A stretch of 64,000 nt of DNA from a virus: the IMG/VR virus record IMGVR_UViG_3300010165_000001, positions 64,001-128,000 of that record. The stretch is one strand, 5' to 3'. This document shows positions 9,061-20,015 of this stretch, piece after piece. The notes below the pieces were generated by a model. That model had not been told where the DNA came from and ran no database searches. It saw only the letters and a program-made list of their open reading frames with translations. Both the position numbers and the translations under genes were made by a program. Every line of letters starts with the position of its first letter. Position 1 is the first letter of the stretch.

Positions 9061-10971
9061 TTAATCCTCCAGTCTTGATATTCCTTCTTCTTTTATTACT
9101 TTAATTGTATTATCAAACAAACTCTTAAGATTTTCATTATGAGTAATGACAAATATTGTACTTACAATATTCAATCTATCTTTAAGTAGTTTAATAACAT
9201 TCTCACAACCTATTGCATCTAAACCATCAAATACTTCATCATAGAGTGCAATATTTGTTGATATTTCTTCCTTACTCATTATTAAGTCCTGTATTGCAAA
9301 GCTTATAGCAATATCAATTCGTTTTTGTTCTCCTGCTGAGTTAGACTTGTAAGAACTTCCACCTTTACTATTATTAACAATAACATCAAACTTATCTTTA
9401 AGTTCTCCTTTAGCATTTTCTACTTGTGTTTGGAATTCTATTTCTATTCCTGAACCTGATAAAGTTTGTAAATATTCATTTGCTTTTTCATTTAAGAAAG
9501 GTGTAATGAAGTCTAAGACTACAGAACGAATACCTTTATTACTAAAAGCATTAACTGCTTGGTTATATCTTTGTTTCTTACTTTCTAATTGTACTATATC
9601 TTCCTTATAGTTGTCAATAGTTTTTTCTAATTCTTTTATTTCTTTTTGATGTTCTTCTTGATTAGGTTCCTTAATATAGGAATAATCATTTGCTTGAGGT
9701 ACTTGTAATCGATTCATTTCTCTTTCTAATTGAGAAATTTTATCATAGTATTGCTGTTGGTTTTGTAGTTTTTCTCTATTCTCTTTTTCGAGTTGTTCTT
9801 TTTGTTGTTCTTCCTGAACCTGTAATTGTCTCAATTCATCTATCTTATCCTTAACAGTTATTATTTTCTCTGCATACTGATTTATTTGTTTTTGCAATTC
9901 TTCTTCTTGTTTCTCTTGACTAGATATTGTCTCATTCATCTTTTCTTGCTCTTTTATCTTATGAGAGTTATCTATAGGTGAACCACATACTGGACAAGTA
10001 TCACTTGTATCTAATTTCTCTAAGTTATCTTTAGTCATAACAGTATTAAAATGTATTGCTTTTTGCAATTCTATTAAATCATCTTGTTCAGGTTCAAGTG
10101 TTTCTTTGAGAGCTTTATTTAGTTTATCTATACCTTCAGAACAAAGGTTGTATTGGTCTGTGAAGATATATTCTTCAGTATGAACTTTTGGTATCTGTTC
10201 CTTTACTTTTTCTATAGTTTCACTGTATCTTTGTCTCTCTTGAGTTATAATATTTGTTTGTTCTTCAATATATTTTTGTTCTTCTTCTTGTTTCTTTTTA
10301 ACTTCTTGATATTGTGCTAAGTCTTTTTGGAATTGTTGTTCAGTTAATTCTTTTTTATAACCTACTTTTTCAATTTCTTGTTCTAGGTTGTTTTGTTTTT
10401 CTTCTACTTCTTTATATTTCTCTTTAGCTACTTCTTGAGCTTCTTTATAAATATCTGTTTTAGTAATAGATTCTAAAATTTCCTTTTTACCTTTGTCAGT
10501 GGCTTGAGAAAACATAGGAATATCCCCTTGACCATATATGATAGAGTTAAGGTAAGTATTAAAGTCAATTCCAAACAATTCTTGTATTTGTTTATCTGTC
10601 ACATCATTTGTAGAACCTGTAATATCTTTATCGTTTAGGAATAGTTTAACTTTATTCTTATTTTCTTTATCTTTACGGTATCTTTCAATATGATAATGGT
10701 CTTCTCCAATATCAAAGTAAAGTTTAACATATGTGTTTTTACCTATCTTATTATTTACAACATCATCTGCTTTTAAACCTTTTTCTGTTTTACCATAAAG
10801 AGCATAAGTAATAGAAGATACTAAAGATGATTTACTAGACCCATTAGATTGAAAGGATTCATTTGTTTTATTCTCACCTTCTATTAGTATTAATCCTCTA
10901 TTATCTAATTCTAAATTAGCTTCCTTAATTGCCATGAAGTTTTGCATCTCAACTTTTTTAAATCGAACCAT
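9061..10971 (-). CDS. SbcC/Rad50-like recombination ATPase
   Basis: 636 aa. It has an N-terminal P-loop region (..IEGENKTNESFQSNGSSKSSL..), a long E/K/Q-rich coiled coil, a zinc hook (CPVCGSP), an ABC signature (SAGEQKRIDIA) and a Walker B (ALYDEVFDGLD). Confidence 0.8.
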   Translation of the reverse strand: MVRFKKVEMQNFMAIKEANLELDNRGLILIEGENKTNESFQSNGSSKSSLVSSITYALYGKTEKGLKADDVVNNKIGKNTYVKLYFDIGEDHYHIERYRKDKENKNKVKLFLNDKDITGSTNDVTDKQIQELFGIDFNTYLNSIIYGQGDIPMFSQATDKGKKEILESITKTDIYKEAQEVAKEKYKEVEEKQNNLEQEIEKVGYKKELTEQQFQKDLAQYQEVKKKQEEEQKYIEEQTNIITQERQRYSETIEKVKEQIPKVHTEEYIFTDQYNLCSEGIDKLNKALKETLEPEQDDLIELQKAIHFNTVMTKDNLEKLDTSDTCPVCGSPIDNSHKIKEQEKMNETISSQEKQEEELQKQINQYAEKIITVKDKIDELRQLQVQEEQQKEQLEKENREKLQNQQQYYDKISQLEREMNRLQVPQANDYSYIKEPNQEEHQKEIKELEKTIDNYKEDIVQLESKKQRYNQAVNAFSNKGIRSVVLDFITPFLNEKANEYLQTLSGSGIEIEFQTQVENAKGELKDKFDVIVNNSKGGSSYKSNSAGEQKRIDIAISFAIQDLIMSKEEISTNIALYDEVFDGLDAIGCENVIKLLKDRLNIVSTIFVITHNENLKSLFDNTIKVIKEEGISRLED

Positions 10972-11333
10972 TATAGAACCTCCTTAGTCACAATAAAGAA
11001 ACATCGGTGAGAACCATAATCAATTTTATAGTAATCATCATATTCTATAATTCTATTGTAATAGTTTTTCTCAAAACCACTATCTTTGAAAATCTTTTTC
11101 ATTTTATTCATTCCATCTTCTAAATCTATAACATTACATATATTTACTCTACTTCCGTCTGATTCTTCAAATTGTAAGATAGACTTATTTAAGAATAAGT
11201 CTTCTTGATATACATTTCTAATATCTAAATAATTCGTTTTAGGTCTTGTATTTTCTACATAGTCAATTAAGTCTTGAGTTAAATCATCTTTATCCAATTT
11301 ATATTCTTCTAAACCATTAATATATTTTTTCAT
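10971..11333 (-). CDS. Hypothetical protein (120 aa)
   Basis: ORF lying between the Mre11-like and Rad50-like genes and abutting both. No motif recognised. Confidence 0.55.
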   Translation of the reverse strand: MKKYINGLEEYKLDKDDLTQDLIDYVENTRPKTNYLDIRNVYQEDLFLNKSILQFEESDGSRVNICNVIDLEDGMNKMKKIFKDSGFEKNYYNRIIEYDDYYKIDYGSHRCFFIVTKEVL

Positions 11334-12358
11334 TATAGAACCTCCTTAAGACATTCTATTATTTCTTTCTTAGCTTCTGGTGTGAATTGTTTAGCATATG
11401 CTTCTGCAATTGTTAATGGGTCATCTGATACATCACTATCAATACGTTTTTCTACGGTATACTCTTTTTTAACTTGAACTTCAATATTATCTTCTTGTTC
11501 TTTATTTAAATTAATTTGTTTAGCTTGTTCAGGTGTCCCTATAAAACGAATAAAGTTTCCTTTTTCTACAAGCTCATCAATATTATCAGGAACATTATCT
11601 CCTTGTATTGTAATGAACTTACGTGTATCTAAAGGTATGAATTCAGTAGTTAATTTATCTGTATCTATTAAGTGTACCCCATTAGACTCTTGTTCATCTG
11701 AGAAGGATTGTTGTAATAAAGAACCCCCATAAAAATGATTAGGATTAGTGAAATACTGTCTTCTATGATAGTGACCTAATAGAATAAAAGCATAGTTGTC
11801 AGGTAATAAATCTTGATAACCAAATGCACCTTCAAGTCTGTGTGAACCCTTACCTGTCAGAGAACCCTCTACACCTAAGTGTCCTACTAGAATATTTACT
11901 TTACCTTCTTGGTAGCTATCTTTAATAAATTCTTTAATCTCTTCTGTCTCATCCCCATAAGCACACATCGTTAACTGTACCTTTGAGCTTAAAGGCTCAC
12001 TTCTTAATGTTTTAGCTACTTCTACATTAGGTAAAGTTTCAAATATATCTATACTTGAATCAGTGTATAGTGAGTTACTTACAGCATCATGATTACCTCT
12101 AACCATATAAACTTTAATGTCTTGATTATTAGCAAATATTTCAAAGACCTTGTTATACACTCTAGTATCTACTGAATTACGTTTGTGGAACAAATCTCCT
12201 CCAAATATAACTTTAGCTTTTTCTTCTCTAGCAATATTAAACACTTTCTGTAATGCCTCTATTTGCTCTTTAAATCTATCATTTACATAATATTCATCAG
12301 GTTTTGCATAGTTTGTAAATAAATGAAAATGACTATCAGTAAAAAATATAAATTTCAT
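11333..12358 (-). CDS. SbcD/Mre11-like nuclease (calcineurin-fold phosphoesterase)
   Basis: 341 aa carrying the phosphoesterase motifs FFTDSHFH, GGDLFH, RGNHD, VGHLG and LGHYH. Confidence 0.8.
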   Translation of the reverse strand: MKFIFFTDSHFHLFTNYAKPDEYYVNDRFKEQIEALQKVFNIAREEKAKVIFGGDLFHKRNSVDTRVYNKVFEIFANNQDIKVYMVRGNHDAVSNSLYTDSSIDIFETLPNVEVAKTLRSEPLSSKVQLTMCAYGDETEEIKEFIKDSYQEGKVNILVGHLGVEGSLTGKGSHRLEGAFGYQDLLPDNYAFILLGHYHRRQYFTNPNHFYGGSLLQQSFSDEQESNGVHLIDTDKLTTEFIPLDTRKFITIQGDNVPDNIDELVEKGNFIRFIGTPEQAKQINLNKEQEDNIEVQVKKEYTVEKRIDSDVSDDPLTIAEAYAKQFTPEAKKEIIECLKEVL

Positions 12359-12672
12359 TATTTATCCTCCAAATCCTCTTCAACAAGTTTGTGTATATGT
12401 TTTTCTAGTTCGTCAGATGAAGTATCTACATCATTTACATAAGTAGTTATTTTATTATTGTTATCTGTTAAAATAATTGTATTTGGTTTATATTCAAGCT
12501 CAAACACTCTATCTTCTGGACTTGCTACTTCAATTGTCATCCCTTTAGTTTCTGACTCACTTGTTAGAAATACTACATATCCTTCTGGTTTACTTCTATT
12601 AAAAAATCTAAAGTTAATTATTGGGTCAAAATTTCTCATTATAAATCTCTCCTTTTTTTGTTTGTAAACCAA
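12358..12672 (-). CDS. Hypothetical protein (104 aa)
   Basis: Minus-strand ORF abutting the Mre11-like gene. No motif recognised. Confidence 0.5.
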   Translation of the reverse strand: MVYKQKKERFIMRNFDPIINFRFFNRSKPEGYVVFLTSESETKGMTIEVASPEDRVFELEYKPNTIILTDNNNKITTYVNDVDTSSDELEKHIHKLVEEDLEDK

Positions 12673-12677
12673 GTATA

Positions 12678-13046
12678 CTATAATACTTGGTCATTGTCAA
12701 TATTTAAATACATTGTGCATACAATTGTTTCTGAACTGTTATTTAGTTTTTCTTCCAAATGGAATATCCCCATTTCATCTAGTACTCTAGGTACAAAGTG
12801 TGCATATTCCCATCCTTCTGTATACCATGTATCAACAAAGTCTTCTCCTTTTTTAATACCTTCTAATACTTTAATTGTCATTTCTAGTTTTATTAGATTA
12901 TATTCATCCTCGTCACCTTTTTGTTCATCTAAAACAATATCAATTGCACCTTCTAATGTTTCTATTAGACTTTCAATACTTTCCTCTGATAATTCTTTTA
13001 TGTAATTAATATTCATATAAAACCTCTCCTTTATTTGTAATCTCAT
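12678..13046 (-). CDS. Hypothetical protein (122 aa, acidic)
   Basis: Minus-strand ORF. No motif recognised. Confidence 0.5.
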   Translation of the reverse strand: MRLQIKERFYMNINYIKELSEESIESLIETLEGAIDIVLDEQKGDEDEYNLIKLEMTIKVLEGIKKGEDFVDTWYTEGWEYAHFVPRVLDEMGIFHLEEKLNNSSETIVCTMYLNIDNDQVL

Positions 13047-13086
13047 TATACAATAAAAAACTACCTAAGTCAATAGGTAGTTTAAA

Positions 13087-13359
13087 TTATTTTTCCTTTA
13101 ATTTTATTTCTATAGCTTCTATTACCTCATCTAAAGAATTACAAGGTATTGCAGGTTTTTTATCAGACATAACATTGTATTTATATCCTGAGGGGTTCCC
13201 TTCTTTACCTTGTAGTTTAGCCGACTCATCTAAGTCAATTACTCCTATACTTGTTCCTTTTAAATAAAAAGCTTTAATATTTCCTTTATCTTCCCATGTT
13301 GCTTTATGTCTTGTGAATATACGTCTTGCTTTTTTATAAATCTTTTTAAAATCATCCAA
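13087..13359 (-). CDS. Hypothetical protein (90 aa)
   Basis: Minus-strand ORF overlapping the upstream gene by 8 nt. No motif recognised. Confidence 0.5.
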   Translation of the reverse strand: MDDFKKIYKKARRIFTRHKATWEDKGNIKAFYLKGTSIGVIDLDESAKLQGKEGNPSGYKYNVMSDKKPAIPCNSLDEVIEAIEIKLKEK

Positions 13360-14797
13360 TGGACATACCTCCGAATTTATTATTTAAAGCTTCTCTTTTA
13401 TTTTCAGTCTTCTCAAATTTACTGTTATTCGGTTTGCTGTCTGAATCATTAATTAAGGATTTATGTTCAATTAATTCATCTTCAGTCTCATCTCTAATTC
13501 TCATTTTCTCTGGTTCTACTTTCAGATGTACGAATGGGTCTCCTGTTCTTGTACCGTTACGAACTTTATCTAGATAAAGTCTCATAAATCCAGATTTAAA
13601 TTCCTCACTTGTTTGGTTAAGAACTAAAGCTACTTCTACAGTGTTAAGTATTTTCCTAGAACCTTCTACATGTTCACTTGTAATTACTTCTGCACTATAT
13701 GCAGTTCTATTTGTTTGAGCTAGTGTCCAACATACAAAATCATATTTCTGTGCTAGACTTCGTATTTCTTCAAACATCTTACCACCTGACTCACTTATAT
13801 CATAGTATCTATCAAATTGGTTTCTCATAAGTTTAGGATAGTCAATTACAACTACATCTATATTTTTACCTTTTTTAATTGTTGTATCTATAATCAATTG
13901 TTCCAAGTTACCAATTGAAAGTTCATTAGGTTGGTATTTAGCAATATAATAATCACCAAACATATGTCCATCTCTTTTATAAATACTTTGGATACCTTCA
14001 AATAAGTCTTCGTTTAGTTGCATCTCAGAGTTCATTAAAGTCTTCTTATCTATACCAGCAAATTGTTGCTCTGCTCTTAGTACTAATCTGTTTTCTAATT
14101 CCTCTAATGCTACATACAAAACATTAAGTCCTTGCTTAACATAATTTCTTGCTAAGTTAGAAGCAAAGAAAGATTTACCTTTACCTGTAGGTGCAATGAA
14201 TACTCCAACTTCCCCTCTTGCAATCCCACCTTCAATTTCTCTATCTAAAGCATGATATCCTGTAGAGAATTTATTTTGATTGATTGTATTTAAGAGTTCA
14301 CGTTTTTTATCTACATCATTAAAGAAGTCAATAAAAGAACCATTTGTTCCTGCTATATCTTTAATGTCTATTTGTTTTAACTCATCTATAAGTTCATTCA
14401 AGTTCTCTGAATCTTCTTGTTTGTTTTCAGATAAGAATTTAGCTAGAGCATTTTTAGATAATTCTGTTTTAACATATCTCTCTATCTCTTTATTTAATCC
14501 TTTATCTTGACTATCTACCTCAACATTATATAATTCATCTAAATATTGAATTGTTTGTGTTACTTCTTCAGGGTCTTTTTTACTTCTATCTAATAGTTCT
14601 TCAATCTTAGCTGATAATGCTTGCTGAGATAATGGTTCAGAGTTAGTCACAGCATTTCTTTTAAGAACTGTAAATATTGTACTCATATTATCATTATCTG
14701 TAAATAACTTACCAGGTAAAGTTGTAAGAACATCCTTCGCAAACCCAATATCTTTAATAGATTTACTTAAGATAGAATCTTTAATCGTTTTACTCAT
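13352..14797 (-). CDS. DnaB-like/RecA-fold replicative helicase-type ATPase
   Basis: 481 aa. It has a Walker A (VFIAPTGKGKSFF), a Walker B (DVVVIDYP), and a ..WTLAQTNR.. segment typical of DnaB/RecA-fold loaders and helicases. Confidence 0.65.
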   Translation of the reverse strand: MSKTIKDSILSKSIKDIGFAKDVLTTLPGKLFTDNDNMSTIFTVLKRNAVTNSEPLSQQALSAKIEELLDRSKKDPEEVTQTIQYLDELYNVEVDSQDKGLNKEIERYVKTELSKNALAKFLSENKQEDSENLNELIDELKQIDIKDIAGTNGSFIDFFNDVDKKRELLNTINQNKFSTGYHALDREIEGGIARGEVGVFIAPTGKGKSFFASNLARNYVKQGLNVLYVALEELENRLVLRAEQQFAGIDKKTLMNSEMQLNEDLFEGIQSIYKRDGHMFGDYYIAKYQPNELSIGNLEQLIIDTTIKKGKNIDVVVIDYPKLMRNQFDRYYDISESGGKMFEEIRSLAQKYDFVCWTLAQTNRTAYSAEVITSEHVEGSRKILNTVEVALVLNQTSEEFKSGFMRLYLDKVRNGTRTGDPFVHLKVEPEKMRIRDETEDELIEHKSLINDSDSKPNNSKFEKTENKREALNNKFGGMSIG

Positions 14798-14812
14798 CTT
14801 AGTACTCCTTTC

Positions 14813-16357
14813 CTATATATTTAACATACCATATTTTGTGAATGGAATCAAATGTTTTTTATTATATTTTTCTAGTATGTGTTTTATATCTCTCATATCT
14901 ATGTCTAACCCTGTGTAGTAACCAAACATTCTTAAAGTATTATAGTCTATAATATCATTATAAGCATTTACAAAGTCTGCTCCTAATCGTATATCTGCTT
15001 CAGTATCAGTCAAACCTTCAATCTCTAAGACGTTGTTATTAAGAGGTCGGATTAACCCTATCCTTCTTAGATGTGCTACAGATAAAACTCTAGTTTGTTC
15101 TGAAAGAATTAAATCAATTAAATACATTCTTTGTAGAGGGAACATAGATAATCTATAAGTATTAGTAATTGTTTTAGGTGCATAACTATCTATAATTAGT
15201 AGCTTAACAAACCTATCTATCTTTTCTTTGTCCTCTTGTTCAAATTGTTTTATTTCTTCTTTGAACGTTTGGTAATAATTAAGTAAGTGTTGTTGTTTCT
15301 GCTCGATTAATCCTATTTGATAATCTTCTAAATCCATAGCTACATTAAATACTGTATTAATATCATAAGTTAAATGATGATAGTCTTTAATTAATAATAG
15401 CTTTAATTGTTGTAAGATTGTATCTTCATTATATTCAACTTCACTATTCATTCGTTGTGTGTAGTTAGTGAGTTGTCTATTATCACTATTCATACGATTT
15501 CTAATTGCATCCAGATATTTATAATAATTATCTATCTTTCTTTGTTCTGTAAACTCTACAGGTTGAGGTACAGGTTTATCTTCTTTACCTTGCTCAAACA
15601 TAAAACTATGTGTACTAAATACATTTATCATAAATTTAATTATATCTATTTCATAAGATAGATGATACAGGTATAGGAAATAACCATAAGTTGTGTTACC
15701 AAAGAAATCATCATTAAGAGTTTGTTGTCTTTCGTACTTAACAACTTGTTCTGCATAATAATTAGATTTAGCTTCTAAAGAAGAAATGTATTCTGGATAT
15801 TCATTATTCTTAATTGCTTTCTCTGTTTGTTCTTTAAACTTTCTTTTTCTAACCTTTAAATGTATTGTACAAAGCTTATCATATATTTTTGAAAGTATAT
15901 AAGTCTTAAAATGTTTCTCTGGGTCTGAGGATACTTCAAAGACTTCTTTGGTTGGAAATCTACTATATCTCATTCTAAAGTTCATTTCTTGAATTATTTT
16001 TCTTTCCTCATCTTTAATCGAATCAAAGACAACTTGTTCTTTAGGTGTTCTCTTATTCTCTTTTCTGTAAAATACCCTAGACCTCAAGTCTTTTGCATAA
16101 TCACTATCAGATTCTATAATATTTTCGTTAGTATTGAGAAAATCTTGAAGGTCTACTTCTGTATTAATAATAATATCTAAACCTTGTTTCTTCTTTTCTA
16201 CTTTAATTTTATTCTCTTCTTCTAGTTGTTTTAGTCTACTATTTAATATAGGTATAGAGATACTTAATTTTTCAGCTAGTAATTTCTTAGTTCTTATATT
16301 AAATAATCTTTGCTTACTGTTTTCTTTTAAATATTTAAGTACTTCTTGCTTATCCAC
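14813..16357 (-). CDS. Replication-associated protein (Rep-like), function uncertain
   Basis: 514 aa. The N-terminus looks like a winged-helix segment (..LLAEKLSISIPILNSRLKQLEEENKI..). Size and position between the two helicase genes match what I recall for the 'Rep' gene of phage K. Confidence 0.35.
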   Translation of the reverse strand: MDKQEVLKYLKENSKQRLFNIRTKKLLAEKLSISIPILNSRLKQLEEENKIKVEKKKQGLDIIINTEVDLQDFLNTNENIIESDSDYAKDLRSRVFYRKENKRTPKEQVVFDSIKDEERKIIQEMNFRMRYSRFPTKEVFEVSSDPEKHFKTYILSKIYDKLCTIHLKVRKRKFKEQTEKAIKNNEYPEYISSLEAKSNYYAEQVVKYERQQTLNDDFFGNTTYGYFLYLYHLSYEIDIIKFMINVFSTHSFMFEQGKEDKPVPQPVEFTEQRKIDNYYKYLDAIRNRMNSDNRQLTNYTQRMNSEVEYNEDTILQQLKLLLIKDYHHLTYDINTVFNVAMDLEDYQIGLIEQKQQHLLNYYQTFKEEIKQFEQEDKEKIDRFVKLLIIDSYAPKTITNTYRLSMFPLQRMYLIDLILSEQTRVLSVAHLRRIGLIRPLNNNVLEIEGLTDTEADIRLGADFVNAYNDIIDYNTLRMFGYYTGLDIDMRDIKHILEKYNKKHLIPFTKYGMLNI

Positions 16358-16373
16358 ATTAACCCACCACTTT

Positions 16374-18134
16374 CTATTTTATTTCTCTTACTTCAAAGTT
16401 TTCGTTATCATAAATACTTCTTCTCTCTAAATAATGTTTATAGAGGAATTTGTTTGTCATGTCTATAAAATCGTATATCTGTGTTGTATTATCTTCTTCT
16501 TTACGTCTTAAAGCACGACCTATTCTTTGTAATACTTGCCTTAAGGACTTTCCTCCTGCTGCAATAATTAAAGTATTAATTCCAGAAATATCCACACCTT
16601 CATCTATAAGTGAAGTAGCAATAAGAACTTTAAGTTTACCTGACTTCATATCAGATAAATACTGTTTACGTTTATCTGTTTCTAAATCACCGTAAATAAA
16701 TTCATGAGGAATATCATAACTTTCTAGTAATTCCGATATATTATTACCATGTTGTAAGAAATTAACAATAATTAAAATACCTTTATTATCATAATAACAC
16801 TTTTCTGTTATTTTTGCAACTAATGTATTTCTAAATTCATTATTCACAATACCTTTATCATATGCTACTTGGTATTGATTTTCTTCCTCTAAGTCAGTTG
16901 GGTTAGCTATAGGTATTGAATTGATTGTTGGTCTAGCTGATATTCCTCTTTCTATTAGATAATCATTAGATACTTTAATAAGTATTTCTCCACATAATGC
17001 TTTTAGTCTCTGTACTGTTAGAGGGTCACTGTGGTCAATAGAACCTGTCAGTCCTATTTTGTATAGAGCATTTTCACATTGTAATAAACTTGTATACCAA
17101 GTATCAGATTTAGCATGATGGAACTCATCACCAATGAAACATACAATACTCTGTAAGAAGTCTTTCATCTTGTAGTACTTATCATACTTCTTTTCATTTT
17201 TCTTTCTAAGGATTTCTTGGTACTTAACATTATACGTATTTAATTTCATCATTAATTCTGAATCTGATTTGTGGTCTTGATATATTTTAGTTAGTTCTTC
17301 TTTAAATGCTTGGTCTGCTTTTGTTTTAACTTTCATTTGTTCTAATATTAAGAATAACATTGTTCTCTTGTTAGGTGTTGTAGATAGTTTAGGTAATACC
17401 TGTAAAGCAACCTTCTTATAAATCATTTGTTTCTGGGTTAAAGTTACACCCTCACTTGGGTCTTTAAGATTTGCATTAACTGTAGGTATCATTACCACAT
17501 TTACTTGTTTTATATCAAATGAACCTGCACCTATTTTACCTATAGGAATATTTAGCCTTTCTTTCATTCTGTCTGCTGTTTGATGGAATATTTCTTTACT
17601 GTGTGTGAAGAAAGCAATCGTTTCTCCTTTTTCTAAGTAAGGTAGAAGTTCTTGTATAATTCCTGCTGCTATCTCACTTTTCCCTGCATTAGTGGCTGCA
17701 TTTAATATGCCATTATACTTAACTAGGGATTCTTCTACACCTTCTTGTTGATAGTCTCTTAGTGTAATTGTTCCTATCTTGTTATCTAATAACTTTATTT
17801 CTTTAGTTATATCTTCTGGTTCTAAGAAAGCTTCACTTCTTTCATCCACAACATCAAATTGGAATGTATATCTATTCTGTAAATCGTATAATAATTCCTT
17901 TACTTGTTCTAAGAGACCACTAGGAAATCTATCTTTATCGAATTCATAGAAGTCTGTATATCCATCCCATTTCTTAAGTTTAAATGCTTTAACAAACTGA
18001 TAACCTTGTGCTCTTACGCCTATATGTGTATGAACCCTTTTTCTAAAAACCTCCCTTAACGTTTCTTCATTACCACCAAACTCCACGTAAGTATAAATAT
18101 TTTGTAAATATAATTTCATTTGTTCTCCTTTCAA
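16374..18134 (-). CDS. SF2 (DEAD/DEAH-like) DNA helicase
   Basis: 586 aa. It has motif I (AATNAGKSEI), motif II (FIGDEFHH) and motif VI (QRIGRALRR). Confidence 0.8.
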   Translation of the reverse strand: MKGEQMKLYLQNIYTYVEFGGNEETLREVFRKRVHTHIGVRAQGYQFVKAFKLKKWDGYTDFYEFDKDRFPSGLLEQVKELLYDLQNRYTFQFDVVDERSEAFLEPEDITKEIKLLDNKIGTITLRDYQQEGVEESLVKYNGILNAATNAGKSEIAAGIIQELLPYLEKGETIAFFTHSKEIFHQTADRMKERLNIPIGKIGAGSFDIKQVNVVMIPTVNANLKDPSEGVTLTQKQMIYKKVALQVLPKLSTTPNKRTMLFLILEQMKVKTKADQAFKEELTKIYQDHKSDSELMMKLNTYNVKYQEILRKKNEKKYDKYYKMKDFLQSIVCFIGDEFHHAKSDTWYTSLLQCENALYKIGLTGSIDHSDPLTVQRLKALCGEILIKVSNDYLIERGISARPTINSIPIANPTDLEEENQYQVAYDKGIVNNEFRNTLVAKITEKCYYDNKGILIIVNFLQHGNNISELLESYDIPHEFIYGDLETDKRKQYLSDMKSGKLKVLIATSLIDEGVDISGINTLIIAAGGKSLRQVLQRIGRALRRKEEDNTTQIYDFIDMTNKFLYKHYLERRSIYDNENFEVREIK

Positions 18135-18183
18135 TATTCATACCCACCATGTATTTATTATACCATATAAGTTAAATTAAGTC

Positions 18184-18215
18184 AAAAAAAAAGATGCCTT
18201 TATTAAAAGGCATCT
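18184..18215 (-). terminator. Rho-independent terminator ending the structural operon
   Basis: A 9-bp stem, agatgcctt/aaggcatct (18192-18200 / 18207-18215), is followed on the minus strand by a T8-9 run. It overlaps the stop codon of the 18203 gene. Confidence 0.75.
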
Positions 18216-19588
18216 ATCATATTATAACCAATGATTCTGGTTACATATTGAGGTTTAGGGTTGTTTATAGCACTATCTTTAAGTTGGAAAGTATCATTTT
18301 TAAATTCCACACCAACTCTGTAGATGTTTTGTTCTGGTGGGCTTTCTCCTCCTACCATAGTTCCAGTTACTGCGTAATAACTTTCCCCGTCTCTGTAGAA
18401 TTTGTGTGCTTTATTTTGAATATAGTCTTTACCTTTAGTAGCTTTATCTGTTCTCATTTTAGTATATATTTCAACATAATCATAATTATTGATTGTATCT
18501 CTCATTGTTTGAGTTTTACCAACTGTAGTGAAACTCAAAGCCCCTTGCCATAAGACGTTTCCACTTGGTGTAGTATTTGGAGTGGTGAAAGTGGAACTAC
18601 TTATAGCTCCTGTAAATAATCGCCCACCATTGGTAATTGCGTAATAAATACCGTAACCACCTTCTGGTGTATCAGAAATTACCATTCCTCGGCTACTATA
18701 CTTACCGGCAGGTGACTTATCTACGCCACCTTGACAATAGAAGGTAAACATTGTTTTACCTGTTTTTAACTTATTTAATACCGCTGTTTCCCAATCAATA
18801 TCATCTGATTTATAAACAAATAAACCAAAGTTTGAATACTCTTTACCTGTCTCTGTAACACCTACATCCCCTAATAAGAGGTTCTGTATTTCACTTGCAT
18901 CTGTTTTATTTGTCTTCCAACCTATTGATGATTGAGATGAAGTTTTATACCCTGTATAGAACATTCCTAATTCATTATTATAATATTCATAGTATTTATT
19001 ATTATTGTTATCTACAAATATTTTAACAACACCTTCAGGATTTTTAATTTCTTCAGGTAAACCAGTACTATTATTTGTTAAGAAATAAGTACCAGGTTCA
19101 GCTGTATTTGATAAGTCTAAAGACTTACTAAAATATCTATTATTAGATAACGCATTAAAGTATACCCACTCTGAGTTACCTTCTTGTGTAATAAACCTAT
19201 AAACAACTTTACCATCTTCTAAGTTTTTACCTAATGTTGTGATTTGCTGAATAACTTCAGCTTCTCTTCTTGTAGGTTTTATTTCTATAATAGAATCACT
19301 TGTAATTAGAGATTTAGGTTTATCTGGTAATGTTGCTAATACAGATGCTGTCACATAATAAGTACCTGCTTGAGTTAAGTCTGACAAGTATCTTATTGTC
19401 TTGCTTAAAGCTAATCCTGTATCTGTTGTTAGTTTGTATCTTTGTGAGTTTCCTAAAGAAGATTTTAAGTCATTAACTTGGGTGAAGATATTGCCTGATT
19501 TAGACAACTCCCCACCTATTTTATTAAGTTCTTCTGTGTATTTAAGGAAGGTATCAGTTTCTGTTATTCTGTTAAATTCTACAGCCAT
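18203..19588 (-). CDS. Receptor-binding/tail fibre protein (paralogue 1)
   Basis: 461 aa and the last structural gene. Its N-terminus (MAVEFNRITE...) and C-terminal blocks (FTFYCQGGVDKSPAGK.., VLWQGAL.., ..TRIIGYN) are paralogous to the 20016 protein. Size matches the ~458-aa RBP I recall in phage K. Confidence 0.55.
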   Translation of the reverse strand: MAVEFNRITETDTFLKYTEELNKIGGELSKSGNIFTQVNDLKSSLGNSQRYKLTTDTGLALSKTIRYLSDLTQAGTYYVTASVLATLPDKPKSLITSDSIIEIKPTRREAEVIQQITTLGKNLEDGKVVYRFITQEGNSEWVYFNALSNNRYFSKSLDLSNTAEPGTYFLTNNSTGLPEEIKNPEGVVKIFVDNNNNKYYEYYNNELGMFYTGYKTSSQSSIGWKTNKTDASEIQNLLLGDVGVTETGKEYSNFGLFVYKSDDIDWETAVLNKLKTGKTMFTFYCQGGVDKSPAGKYSSRGMVISDTPEGGYGIYYAITNGGRLFTGAISSSTFTTPNTTPSGNVLWQGALSFTTVGKTQTMRDTINNYDYVEIYTKMRTDKATKGKDYIQNKAHKFYRDGESYYAVTGTMVGGESPPEQNIYRVGVEFKNDTFQLKDSAINNPKPQYVTRIIGYNMIDAF

Positions 19589-20001
19589 TATTTAGATTCT
19601 CCCTTACCTAATATTAATTTTTTAAGTTCTTCTAATTCTTTAGCTAGTTTATCATATTCTTCTCTAGATACTGTTTCAACTTGTTGTTGTTGTTCTTCTC
19701 TTTTACGTTGTTCTTCTTCTCTACGTTTTACAATTTCCCCATATTCGGTATTTTCTCTAACCTCGTAAGGTTCTGTAAGTAAAACAAACCTATCTGTATC
19801 ATAGTCTTTAAAGAAATTATCGGGTAAAAGTAGGCTTGCATTTTCAAAGTAAAAACTTCTAGGGTCATCTTCTCCTGTTATACCTCCGAATGTTGTATAC
19901 CCTGTAATAATCCCTGTTTCAGTATCAACGTTTAAGGTTATATTATCATTATTTCTATAGTCTACATTTCTAAAACTAGGTTCAATTGTTTTAGTCATCA
20001 T
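19588..20001 (-). CDS. Hypothetical protein between the two RBP paralogues (possible fibre assembly factor)
   Basis: 137 aa. It has an E/K/Q-rich coiled-coil C-terminus and start/stop overlap with the next gene. Confidence 0.5.
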   Translation of the reverse strand: MMTKTIEPSFRNVDYRNNDNITLNVDTETGIITGYTTFGGITGEDDPRSFYFENASLLLPDNFFKDYDTDRFVLLTEPYEVRENTEYGEIVKRREEEQRKREEQQQQVETVSREEYDKLAKELEELKKLILGKGESK

Positions 20002-20015
20002 AAATCTCTCCTTTT